Below are positions 45,474 to 55,078 of a DNA stretch of 64,000 nt, piece after piece (the stretch's first letter is position 1; each line of letters starts with the position of its first letter). The notes under the pieces were generated by a model. The model worked only from the letters and a program-made list of their open reading frames with translations, was not told the origin of the DNA and made no database searches. The stretch spans positions 11,288 to 75,287 of the forward strand of contig CACFTX010000005.1 of assembly GCA_902569405.1 (NCBI GenBank). The letters run 5' to 3'. The DNA is from an uncultured Pelagibacteraceae bacterium. Its GTDB lineage: Bacteria > Pseudomonadota > Alphaproteobacteria > Pelagibacterales > Pelagibacteraceae. The translations under genes were made by a program, and so were the position numbers.

Positions 45474-46517
45474 TTACCCAAATATTTTTGAAAAATTTTT
45501 TCTAGTTCTGTTTTTCCAATAACCTTTATGATATGCATCACTAGCGATTAAAGGCAAAACTGTAGTTGCTTCTGCAAAAACCATCTGTTCTTTAGTTACA
45601 TCTACTTTTCCCCAAGAACTAGCTTCTTTTAGTGTAGAACTGCTGCAAGCGCCATCTCTGGAGTCTGCTACTGTAATTTGGACTGCATATTTATGCATGT
45701 CAACTTCTTTACCTAAAAGTTCAGCGCATATTACTGTATCTTGAATAAAATTTTTCGGTACTCCACCACCAATCATGAATAGACCAGATCCTTTTGATTT
45801 GATTTTTATTTCAGTTAATTCTCTGAATTCTCTAATTGAATCAATGGTTACATGTTTTTTTGGGTTCTTTTCTTGATGCATAACAAGACCAAATCCAGCA
45901 CTAGAGTCTGTAAAAGCGGGACAAAATATAGGAACGTTATTGTCATAAGCCACTTCAATTAATGACTCTTTTTTTTTTGAGTTTTTTTTTAGGAATTTTC
46001 CTATTTCTTCAATAAATTCTCTTGATGTATAACTTCGAGGTTCTAAATTATTTGCGATTTCACAGATTTTTTTATCACACATTTGCAATTCATCTTCATC
46101 AATATAAGTGTCGTAAATTCTATCTATATAGTTTTTTCGTAATTCTGTATCGTCTTGGAATTGAGAACCTTGATAATGTTTAAATCCTAGAGCTTCAAAA
46201 AAATCCATGTCTATTATCGATGCACCAGTAGCTATAATTGCATCAACCATATTATATTTAACTAAATCTTTATAAATGTTCATACAGCCTGCTGCGGACG
46301 TAGATCCAGCAAGTGTTAAAAAAATTGTACAATTTTTATCTTTTATCATCTCATTATAGATGGTTGCAGCATTTGCTGTTTCTCTTGAAACGAAAGACAT
46401 CTTTTCCATTGAAGAAATAATTTTTCTAGAGTCAAAAGAAGTTATGTCTATATGCTCAACAGGTTTCTTAAGGAAATCTTTTTTACTGTTATGACCGATA
46501 TTTTTTTTTTGAGACAT
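45474..46517 (-). CDS. deoxyhypusine synthase-like (aminobutyl-transferase / homospermidine synthase-like) protein
   Basis: 347 aa with DHS-family motifs (TLAGSTSAAG, IGGGVPKNF) and the catalytic-Lys context ASSWGKV. Confidence 0.85.
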   Translation of the reverse strand: MSQKKNIGHNSKKDFLKKPVEHIDITSFDSRKIISSMEKMSFVSRETANAATIYNEMIKDKNCTIFLTLAGSTSAAGCMNIYKDLVKYNMVDAIIATGASIIDMDFFEALGFKHYQGSQFQDDTELRKNYIDRIYDTYIDEDELQMCDKKICEIANNLEPRSYTSREFIEEIGKFLKKNSKKKESLIEVAYDNNVPIFCPAFTDSSAGFGLVMHQEKNPKKHVTIDSIREFRELTEIKIKSKGSGLFMIGGGVPKNFIQDTVICAELLGKEVDMHKYAVQITVADSRDGACSSSTLKEASSWGKVDVTKEQMVFAEATTVLPLIASDAYHKGYWKNRTRKNFSKIFG

Positions 46518-47695
46518 TAAGCAACAAGAAATGCTTTATCAGCTTCTTTGCCATACATGCTCATTATTGGTTTGTCTTCAATTTCAAAAATTTTATCTGA
46601 ATAAAAACCATTGAATTGAGTTCTAAAGGTTAAACCATAAGCTCCAAGCTGACCTAATTCAATATAATCATTTTCTTTAACATTGTTAGGAAGGATAAAA
46701 GGCCCTTTCATATAATCCATGCTATCACATGTTGGTCCATAAAAGTCAAATGATGTTAATTTTTTTGAAACAATTCTTCCATTAGTAATTAAGCGTGAAG
46801 GATAAACTATATTAGGAACACCTGCATCAAAAAGAGTTCCGTAAGTACCATCGTTTATATAAAGTTTTTGTTTTTTTCTTAAATTAACTCTTACAATTGT
46901 TGAGCCACTTTCTGCAACAATCGCTCTGCCTGGTTCGCAAATAATTTCAGGAAGTTTTTTTAATTTTAAATTTTCTAAACTTTTTTTAATTTCTTCAAAG
47001 TAGTTATCTAAAGATTGCGGTACAAGGTCTGGATAAACAGTAGGGAAGCCTCCACCAATATTTATATAATCAGGAAGAATTTTTGTTTTTTTAATTATAT
47101 TTCCAATTTCTTCAATTCCTTTTGCGTAAGAGATTGGATGCATACATTGTGATCCTACATGAAAGCTTAAGCCAATTTTTTTTGCATATTGTTTTGTTAA
47201 TCTAAATAAGCCAAGTGCCTCAGTATTTAAAGCACCAAATTTTTTTGATAAATCTATTTCAGCATGTTCATTTGATACGGAAATTCTCACAAACAATTCT
47301 AGGTCTTTAGCATAATTAGTTGACTCAATTATTTTTATTAATTCATCTTTTGTGTCTAATGAAAATCCTTTAACTCCATATTTAAAATATGCTTCCTTTA
47401 TGCTCTCTCTACTTTTTACTGTGTGCATAAAAGAGCATTTTACTTTGGGGTTGATTTTATTTATATCTTCAATTTCTTTAATTGAAGCGACATCGAAATT
47501 ATCAATGCCGCTTTGTAAAATTGTTTTTAATACTTCTGGGTGCGGATTTGTTTTAACAGCGTATAAAATTTTTCCAGGAAATTTATTTTGAAAAGTTTTT
47601 GACGCTACTTGTATCGAGTTTTTTCTGATACAATATACAGGCTCAACAGGTTTTAGTTGACTTACAATTTCGTCAACGCTTCTAAATTTTTGCAT
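46517..47695 (-). CDS. PLP-dependent ornithine/lysine decarboxylase (alanine-racemase fold)
   Basis: PLP Lys in ILYAVKTNPH, GGGFP and EPGRA motifs. The start is proposed at ATG 47695, 8 nt after GGGGG. The track TTG at 47710 is the alternative. Confidence 0.85.
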   Translation of the reverse strand: MQKFRSVDEIVSQLKPVEPVYCIRKNSIQVASKTFQNKFPGKILYAVKTNPHPEVLKTILQSGIDNFDVASIKEIEDINKINPKVKCSFMHTVKSRESIKEAYFKYGVKGFSLDTKDELIKIIESTNYAKDLELFVRISVSNEHAEIDLSKKFGALNTEALGLFRLTKQYAKKIGLSFHVGSQCMHPISYAKGIEEIGNIIKKTKILPDYINIGGGFPTVYPDLVPQSLDNYFEEIKKSLENLKLKKLPEIICEPGRAIVAESGSTIVRVNLRKKQKLYINDGTYGTLFDAGVPNIVYPSRLITNGRIVSKKLTSFDFYGPTCDSMDYMKGPFILPNNVKENDYIELGQLGAYGLTFRTQFNGFYSDKIFEIEDKPIMSMYGKEADKAFLVA

Positions 47696-47842
47696 CTCAT
47701 ATGCCCCCAAAAAAAATTTAATAAAAAAAGTATTTTAGAATCTCTAAAAAACTTTATATTTGCGTGAATTAATCCAATACTTCCTTAATGTAAAGTAAAT
47801 AATAAGTATTGAATCTTAGTAATTAACAACCATATAATAGGT

Positions 47843-48409
47843 ATGATTGAAGCATTAGATAATGTAGATAAAACAAGGGCATTTAACCATAAATCTTTAC
47901 TAATTATAGATGATGATAATCCTTTTAGAGAAAGGTTGTCTAGAGCAATGCAAAAAAAAGGATTTATTGTTTCTCAAGCTGAGAGTGTAAAGGGTGCAAT
48001 TGATCAGGTTAGAGCAAAAAAACCAGCTTTTGTAGTCGTTGATCTTAGATTGGGCGATGGAAATGGATTGGAGGTTGTAAAAGAAATTAAAAATTTAAAA
48101 TTAAACAGCAAAATTGTAATGCTTACAGGTTATGGAAATATCCCAACAGCAGTGGCTGCAATTAAAGAGGGTGCTATAGATTATTTAGCTAAACCAGCTG
48201 ATGCAGAAGATGTTGAAAAAGCACTTTTAGCAGAACCAGACAAGAAACCACAGCCACCGGAAAACCCAATGTCAGCTGACAGAGTTAAATGGGAACATAT
48301 TCATAGAGTTTTTGAGTTATGCAATAGAAATGTATCGGAAACTGCTAGACGCCTTAAAATGCATAGAAGAACTCTTCAGAGAATATTATCTAAACGATCT
48401 CCTAGATAA
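47843..48409 (+). CDS. regA: RegA/ActR/PrrA-type redox response regulator
   Basis: 188 aa. Receiver domain (DDD, VVDLRLGDG, KP) plus the highly conserved Fis-type HTH NVSETARRLKMHRRTLQRIL. Confidence 0.88.
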   Translation: MIEALDNVDKTRAFNHKSLLIIDDDNPFRERLSRAMQKKGFIVSQAESVKGAIDQVRAKKPAFVVVDLRLGDGNGLEVVKEIKNLKLNSKIVMLTGYGNIPTAVAAIKEGAIDYLAKPADAEDVEKALLAEPDKKPQPPENPMSADRVKWEHIHRVFELCNRNVSETARRLKMHRRTLQRILSKRSPR

Positions 48410-48953
48410 ATTTTCTAAATTTAATAATTTTTTTTGTTAGAACTGTTAATAAAGAGATTTTAAATAACTCTGCCAATAAAAATGGTAGTAAGCCAAGTTG
48501 AAGCAAAGGTTTATCCCATCCTATCAAATTTCCAAGCCACAAAATTCCAAGAGCATAAATTGTTGAAACTGATAAAATTAATTTTAGGAAAATAGAAAAA
48601 ATGTTAGTTTTTAAGTTTAAATAACCAGCAAAAAAAGTTGCAAGTAAAAATCCAATTAAATATCCCATTGTTGGGCCTGTAAAATAAATAAATCCTATCC
48701 CTTTTTCTGGCGTTCCTGCAAACACTGGTAAACCAATTATGCCTTCAAACAAATATAAAGAAATTGTGGCCAAACCAATTTTCCATCCAAAAGCTATACC
48801 CATTAAAAGCACAACAAAAGTTTGCATGGTCATAGGAACGGGATAAAAAGGAATTTTAATTTTTGCAGAAATTGTTAATAGTATAGATCCTAAAAATATT
48901 GCTAGAAAATATCTAATTATTTTTTGATTTGGTGTTACTTTAATATTTTCCAT
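48402..48953 (-). CDS. bioY: biotin transporter BioY (solitary S-component)
   Basis: 183 aa with PVPMTMQTFVVLLMG, GLPVFAG and GPTMGYLIGF. Confidence 0.88.
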   Translation of the reverse strand: MENIKVTPNQKIIRYFLAIFLGSILLTISAKIKIPFYPVPMTMQTFVVLLMGIAFGWKIGLATISLYLFEGIIGLPVFAGTPEKGIGFIYFTGPTMGYLIGFLLATFFAGYLNLKTNIFSIFLKLILSVSTIYALGILWLGNLIGWDKPLLQLGLLPFLLAELFKISLLTVLTKKIIKFRKFI

Positions 48954-48985
48954 TATTTTATTTTACTATTTTAATAATAATTAAT

Positions 48986-49924
48986 CTAGTTTTTTGTTAA
49001 ATTAGTAAATACATCTTCTAAATCTCCATCATCACTAGAAATGTCTAAAATTTTAACGTTTGCTTTATTAAATATTTGGATTATTTCATCCATACTGATT
49101 GCATTTTTTTCATATGATATGCAAATTTCATTTTTTTCATTGTATATTATATTAAGTGATTTATGAGCATTATTTTTTAAATTTATGGGTGAGTTAGTTT
49201 TAAATATTACTTTTTTAGTTTGAATTTTGCTTAATAGGTTTTTAGTACTATCTAAAGCTACTAAACTTCCTTTATTTAAAATTCCTATTCGATCGCACAT
49301 TTGTTCGGCTTCTTGAAGATAATGAGTTGTTAAGATAATTGTAACACCCAATTTATTAAGCAACTTTACATTATCCCAAAGATTTTTTCTAAGATTAACA
49401 TCTACACCTGCGGTAGGCTCGTCTAAAAAAAGTATTGGAGGTTGATGAACTAATGCTTTTGCCATTAATAACCTTCTTTTCATTCCCCCAGATAAACTTC
49501 TTGCGTAGCTATTAGCTTCTTTCTCTAAAGAAACAAGTTTAAGAACAGTATCTGTAATTCTATCTTTTTTTTTCACTCCATACATACCAGCCTGAAGTTC
49601 TAGAAGTTTCCTAGGACTAAAAAAAGGATCTAAGTTAACTTCTTGAGGTACTATTCCGATAGAAGCTCGAACTTGTTTTGGATTAGCATCCAGATCAAAT
49701 CCCCACACATTTACTGTGCCCGAAGTTTTATTAACTGTGCCTGACAGAATACTTATAAAGGTAGTTTTTCCAGCTCCGTTTGGGCCCAATAAACCAAAAA
49801 TTTCGCCCTCATTCACGTCCAAGTTTAAATTTTTTAAAGCTTCAACGTTATCTGGGCCCTTGCTAGAACTTTTTAAATAAGTTTTGTTTAATTTTTTAAT
49901 AGAAAGTACACTTGTTTTATTCAT
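48986..49924 (-). CDS. ABC transporter ATP-binding protein (ABC-2/YadG-like, with C-terminal extension)
   Basis: 312 aa with Walker A GPNGAGKTT, signature LSGGMKRR and Walker B ILFLDEPT. No permease gene is adjacent. Confidence 0.85.
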   Translation of the reverse strand: MNKTSVLSIKKLNKTYLKSSSKGPDNVEALKNLNLDVNEGEIFGLLGPNGAGKTTFISILSGTVNKTSGTVNVWGFDLDANPKQVRASIGIVPQEVNLDPFFSPRKLLELQAGMYGVKKKDRITDTVLKLVSLEKEANSYARSLSGGMKRRLLMAKALVHQPPILFLDEPTAGVDVNLRKNLWDNVKLLNKLGVTIILTTHYLQEAEQMCDRIGILNKGSLVALDSTKNLLSKIQTKKVIFKTNSPINLKNNAHKSLNIIYNEKNEICISYEKNAISMDEIIQIFNKANVKILDISSDDGDLEDVFTNLTKN

Positions 49925-49975
49925 TGAGCCTTATACACATACAACATTCATTACATTTAAGATAATATTATATAA

Positions 49976-52741
49976 ATGGACAAAATAAAAAAAAGTGATC
50001 ATTTTTATTTAATTGATGGTTCAGGCTATATTTTTAGAGCATATTATGCTCTTCCTCCACTAACACGGAAGAGTGATGGACTTCCAGTGGGCGCAGTAAG
50101 TGGTTTTTGCAATATGTTATTTAAATTAATAGAAGACTCTAATTCTAAAGACAATTTACAAAAACCCACACATTTTGCGGTGATTTTTGATTCTGCAAGA
50201 AAAAATTTTAGAAATGAAATCTATTCAGATTACAAAGGAAATAGAGATGAAGCACCAGAAGATTTGGTGCCTCAGTTTGAATATATAAGAAAATCAGTAA
50301 CAGCTTTTAATTTGCCATGCATTGAGCTTGTAAACTATGAGGCTGATGATTTGATAGCAACATATACTGAGCAAATTTTAAGCAGGGGCGCAAAAGTTAC
50401 TATCGTTTCGTCTGATAAAGATTTAATGCAACTTTATAAAAAAAATGTTCGAATTTATGATCCTATGAAAAATAAGTTTATCAGCGACAAAGATATTTTG
50501 GATAAATTTGGTGTTAATGCAAGTAAAGTAATTGACGTTCAATCTTTAGCGGGCGATAGTAGTGATAATGTACCAGGTGTACCAGGGATAGGAGTAAAAA
50601 CAGCTGCTGAGTTAATTAATCATTATGGAAATTTGGAAAAATTATTGGATAGCGCTAAAGAAATTAAACAAAATAAAAGAAGAGAAACAATTATTGCAAA
50701 TAAAGAAAAAGCTTTAATAAGTAAAAAACTTGTTACACTTGAAAAAAAAGTTCCAGTAAAAAATAAAATAGAAGAATTTATATTTAGAGCAGTAGATAAA
50801 GAGAAACTTTATAAGTTTTTAAGAGAAATGGAATTCAACCGCCTTCTTAGCTCTGTAATATCTACTTACGGTGAACCTAATTTAGCGGAAAAAAATAAAA
50901 CATTAAATGTATCGGAAAAACAAAAATCGATCAGTAATAAAAACTATTATTTAATTAATAGTGAAAATGAAATTGATAAATGGTTAAAAGAAGCCGAAGA
51001 ATATGGGGAAATTGCAATTGATACGGAAACAACTTCTTTAGATCCACATTTGGCAGATTTAGTAGGAATTTCCCTAAGTACAAAAATTGGTAACGCATGC
51101 TACATACCCATTGGTCACAAAGAAGGCAAATGCTTAAATCAAGAAAAAATTATTAAAAAATTAAAACCAATCTTGGAGGATAAAAGTGTAAAAAAAATTG
51201 GCCAAAATATAAAATTTGATTTTATTATTTTAAAGCATCGTGGAATTATAATGAATTCAATGGAAGATACTATGTTGATGTCATATGTTCTTGATGCTGG
51301 TAAAAATAGACATAATATGGATACTCTTTCTAAAATTCATTTAAATCATAAAACAATTGCTTTTAAAGATCTAGTTGGGTCTGGAAAAAAAGAAATTAAT
51401 TTTAGTGAAGTCGAAATAAACAAGGCAATGCATTATGCAGCTGAGGATGCTGACATTACATATAGACTTTATAAAATTTTTCAAAAAAATTTAAAATTAG
51501 AAAAATTAATAAACATTTATGAATTATTCGAAAAACCTTTAATTGAAATATTGGCAAATATGGAAATTAGTGGAATAAAAGTTGATAGTAATTTTTTAGA
51601 AAATTTATCAATAAAATTTGATAAAAAAATTAAAAATTTAGAGAGCGCAATTTATAAATTAGCAAATAAAGAATTTAATATCGCTTCACCAAAACAACTT
51701 GGAGAAATTATATATAATGATTTAAAAATTGCTGTTTTAAAAAGAACTAAAAAAGGAAGTTTTGCTACTAGTGCTAGTGTTCTTGAAGATTTATCCTTTA
51801 AAGGTCACAAATTCCCAAAGTTAATTTTAGATTGGAGACAAGTCTCAAAATTAAAAAACACTTATTCAGATTCTTTAAGAGAGCACATTAATCCAAAAAC
51901 CAAAAGAGTACACACTTCCTTTTTATTGGCAGCAACCACCACTGGAAGATTAGCATCCAGTGATCCAAATTTACAAAATATTCCTATTAAATCTGAAGAT
52001 GGTAAAGAAATTAGAAAAGCTTTTGTTGCTGAAAAAGGATCTACACTTATTTCTGCAGATTATAACCAAATAGAAATGAGAATTTTGGCCGATCTTGCAG
52101 ATGTGAAAGAATTAAAAAATGCTTTTAAGAACAATGAAGACATTCACTCTTTAACTGCCAGTCAAGTTTTTGATGTTGATATTAATAAAGTTGACCAAGA
52201 CGTTAGAAGAAAAGCAAAAGCGATTAATTTTGGAATTATATATGGTATCTCACAATATGGTCTAGCAAAACAAATTATGGTTTCAAATAGTGAAGCTGAA
52301 AGTTTTTTAAATTCTTATTTTTTAAAATTTCCAGAAATTAAAGAATATATGAATAATACAATTAAATTTTGTAGAAAAACTGGTTATGTAAATAACATAT
52401 TTGGAAGAAGATCATATATTTCTGGAATTAATGATAAAAATTATAATGTTAGAAACTTTCAAGAACGAGCAGCTATCAATGCTCCAATCCAAGGCTCCGC
52501 CGCTGAAATTATGAGATTAGCAATGATAAGGCTAAATAAAAAAATTAAAAATCTCAAAATTAAAATGCTATTGCAAATACATGATGAATTAATTTTTGAA
52601 GTTCCAAATAGTGAAGTAAAAAATCTAAGTGAAATAATTAAACAGGAAATGTCTAGTGTAAAAGATAGTGATTTGCATTCATTCACAACTCCTTTAACGG
52701 TAGACATAAATACAGGGAATAACTGGGGTATACTTCATTAA
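49976..52741 (+). CDS. polA: DNA polymerase I
   Basis: 921 aa with a 5'-nuclease domain, a 3'-5' exonuclease domain (IDTETTSLD) and polymerase motifs (ADYNQIEMRILA, QIHDELIFE). Confidence 0.97.
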   Translation: MDKIKKSDHFYLIDGSGYIFRAYYALPPLTRKSDGLPVGAVSGFCNMLFKLIEDSNSKDNLQKPTHFAVIFDSARKNFRNEIYSDYKGNRDEAPEDLVPQFEYIRKSVTAFNLPCIELVNYEADDLIATYTEQILSRGAKVTIVSSDKDLMQLYKKNVRIYDPMKNKFISDKDILDKFGVNASKVIDVQSLAGDSSDNVPGVPGIGVKTAAELINHYGNLEKLLDSAKEIKQNKRRETIIANKEKALISKKLVTLEKKVPVKNKIEEFIFRAVDKEKLYKFLREMEFNRLLSSVISTYGEPNLAEKNKTLNVSEKQKSISNKNYYLINSENEIDKWLKEAEEYGEIAIDTETTSLDPHLADLVGISLSTKIGNACYIPIGHKEGKCLNQEKIIKKLKPILEDKSVKKIGQNIKFDFIILKHRGIIMNSMEDTMLMSYVLDAGKNRHNMDTLSKIHLNHKTIAFKDLVGSGKKEINFSEVEINKAMHYAAEDADITYRLYKIFQKNLKLEKLINIYELFEKPLIEILANMEISGIKVDSNFLENLSIKFDKKIKNLESAIYKLANKEFNIASPKQLGEIIYNDLKIAVLKRTKKGSFATSASVLEDLSFKGHKFPKLILDWRQVSKLKNTYSDSLREHINPKTKRVHTSFLLAATTTGRLASSDPNLQNIPIKSEDGKEIRKAFVAEKGSTLISADYNQIEMRILADLADVKELKNAFKNNEDIHSLTASQVFDVDINKVDQDVRRKAKAINFGIIYGISQYGLAKQIMVSNSEAESFLNSYFLKFPEIKEYMNNTIKFCRKTGYVNNIFGRRSYISGINDKNYNVRNFQERAAINAPIQGSAAEIMRLAMIRLNKKIKNLKIKMLLQIHDELIFEVPNSEVKNLSEIIKQEMSSVKDSDLHSFTTPLTVDINTGNNWGILH

Positions 52742-52793
52742 TAAAGAGGTATTGCCCAAATTAAAACAATTTAGTATTTTTATATTAGTTCGT

Positions 52794-53495
52794 ATGAAAC
52801 AAACAATAGCTCTTATAGATGATGATAGAAATATTCTTACAAGTATAAGTATAGCCCTTGAAAAGGAAGGATATAATGTACAAACTTACCTTGATGGCGA
52901 GAGCGCACTGATCGGTCTTACCAGAACACCACCGGACTTGGCAGTAGTTGATATTAAAATGCCAAAAATGGATGGAGAAGAACTTTTAAAAAAATTAAGA
53001 AAAAAAACATCTTTACCAGTTATTTTTTTAACTTCAAAAGATGATGAGGTGGATGAATTGTTAGGACTTAAATTAGGAGCAGATGATTTTGTTAAAAAAT
53101 CTGGAGGATTTTCAATTAAAGTTTTAATTGAAAGAATAAGAGTTCAGCTAAGAAAAAAAAATATTAACATTTTAGAGGATAATAAAAATATTATTTCTCA
53201 TGGAAAATTAAAACTAGACCCATCTCAATTAGAATGCGAATGGGGAGGAAAACAATTACCAGATAAATTAACAACTACAGAATTTCTTATAGTCCAAGAG
53301 CTCGCAAAAAGACCGGGCATTATTAAAGAAAGATCTCAATTAATGGATATAGCATATAGAGAAGATACCGATATTGAAGATAGAACTATCGATAGCCATG
53401 TTAAGAGAATAAGAAAAAAATTTAAAAAAATTGATGAAAATTTTTCCGCAATAGAAACTAGATATGGTAGTGGATATAGATGGAATGTTAGTTAA
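52794..53495 (+). CDS. chvI: OmpR-family response regulator (ChvI-like)
   Basis: The start is placed at ATG 52794 (MKQTIALIDDD). Receiver domain plus winged-helix domain (RTIDSHVKRIRKKF...GSGYRW). Its stop overlaps the kinase start. Confidence 0.82.
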   Translation: MKQTIALIDDDRNILTSISIALEKEGYNVQTYLDGESALIGLTRTPPDLAVVDIKMPKMDGEELLKKLRKKTSLPVIFLTSKDDEVDELLGLKLGADDFVKKSGGFSIKVLIERIRVQLRKKNINILEDNKNIISHGKLKLDPSQLECEWGGKQLPDKLTTTEFLIVQELAKRPGIIKERSQLMDIAYREDTDIEDRTIDSHVKRIRKKFKKIDENFSAIETRYGSGYRWNVS

Positions 53496-55033
53496 TGTTC
53501 AATGCTTTACTTAAAAATTTATCAATATTAAAAAAATTTTTATTTGTTAATTTTATTTTTTTTATAATTATCGGAACATTTACAATGCTTTACTTGAGTA
53601 ATGTTCAACCTAGTTTAATAAAAAAAAAAGCCATTAATCACATTCAGATTGTTGATAATACTATAAGCCATATAGATAGATTAAAAATAAAATTTAATAG
53701 TCAAGATATTAGAAAATTTTTATTCTCTACAAGATTCTTATTTCAAAATTTAGATAGAGTTATTTTTTTTGATAATAAATATAATTTAATTGGAGACACA
53801 GATACACTTGATCTTGATCCAAGATCATTTTCACAAAGACTAGATTCTATTGAGCTTCAAAAAATTGATGAAAAACCTATAAAAAAAAAGAAAAGTATAA
53901 AAAAGTTGAAAAAAAAAAATAAGCTTTCAGTAAAAGATATTCTTTTAAATTATTCTAAATCTAAAGAATTTGGAAGATCTTATACTTTTGTTCAAGAAAG
54001 TTATAATCAATTTTTTTTAACAACAATCAAAAATATTAATATTAATGGAGCAAATATTGGATTTGTTATGATAACAGAAAATGCCAATGATATTAAAAAT
54101 GCAATAAACGAAAGAAAAACTTTTGTAATAAGAACTGCAATTATAGTTGGAGTTGTGGTTTTAATTTTTTCTATAATATTAAATAGATATTTCTTAAAAC
54201 CTATAAAAAATTTAGTTGATTATACAAAAATTGTTAAAGAAAAAAGTAAAAAGAAAACAAACATTAATATATTAAAAAGTAGAAATGATGAACTCGGTAC
54301 CTTGTCAAGTTCGTTGGATGATATGACCAATAATTTACAAAAAAGAATTCAAAATGCTGAAAATTTTTCTACAGATTTAGTTCATGAAATTAGAAATCCT
54401 CTAGCATCTTTAAAAAGTGCGACAGAAATTTTAAATGAAACAAATGATAAATCTGAAAGACTTAAATTATTAAATATTCTTGATCATGATATTCAAAGAA
54501 TTGAAAGACTAATCACAGATTATTCTCAAATATTAAAAGATGAGGTTGCGTTAAGTAAAGAACAAATGAATATAATTGATCTTAGATTAATTGTTAAATC
54601 TGTAGTTGATGATTTTAATAGTATTTATGAAACAAAAAGAGGAATTAAAATCGCATTTGTTAATAAGGATAATTTAAAAGACTATAAAATTTACGGAATT
54701 GAAAATAGAATAGAGCAAATTATTGCAAATTTACTTGATAATTCTATTTCTTTTAGTGCAGATAAAAAAAAAATATTAGTTCAACTAAGTAAAGATAATA
54801 ACGAGAATATTATTTTAAAAGTTATCGATGAGGGTCAGGGATTTAAAGAAAAGGATACAGACAAAATATTTAAAAGATTTTATAGTAACAGGCCAGAAAA
54901 ATTTGGTGAGCATTCTGGCTTAGGTCTTAATATTGTTAAAAATTTAGTTGATCTTCATGGTGGGACAGTAAAAGCGTCAAATAATCCCAATCAAAAAGGT
55001 GCAAATGTTGAGATTTTTTTTCCCAAATCTTAA
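53495..55033 (+). CDS. chvG: sensor histidine kinase (ChvG/EnvZ-like)
   Basis: 512 aa with 2 TM segments flanking a periplasmic domain, a HAMP domain, H-box LVHEIRNPLASL and a HATPase_c domain (GLGLNIVKNLVDLHGG). Confidence 0.82.
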   Translation: MFNALLKNLSILKKFLFVNFIFFIIIGTFTMLYLSNVQPSLIKKKAINHIQIVDNTISHIDRLKIKFNSQDIRKFLFSTRFLFQNLDRVIFFDNKYNLIGDTDTLDLDPRSFSQRLDSIELQKIDEKPIKKKKSIKKLKKKNKLSVKDILLNYSKSKEFGRSYTFVQESYNQFFLTTIKNININGANIGFVMITENANDIKNAINERKTFVIRTAIIVGVVVLIFSIILNRYFLKPIKNLVDYTKIVKEKSKKKTNINILKSRNDELGTLSSSLDDMTNNLQKRIQNAENFSTDLVHEIRNPLASLKSATEILNETNDKSERLKLLNILDHDIQRIERLITDYSQILKDEVALSKEQMNIIDLRLIVKSVVDDFNSIYETKRGIKIAFVNKDNLKDYKIYGIENRIEQIIANLLDNSISFSADKKKILVQLSKDNNENIILKVIDEGQGFKEKDTDKIFKRFYSNRPEKFGEHSGLGLNIVKNLVDLHGGTVKASNNPNQKGANVEIFFPKS

Positions 55034-55078
55034 TCTAAAAGTTGATTATTTTTATTTAAATTGTTAGAAACCCCAGCT

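Noticed and set aside
48954-48985. I looked for a BioR-type (TTATMKATAA) or BirA operator upstream of bioY.
   Set aside because: There is no match. The spacer is 32 nt of AT-rich sequence without a convincing dyad.
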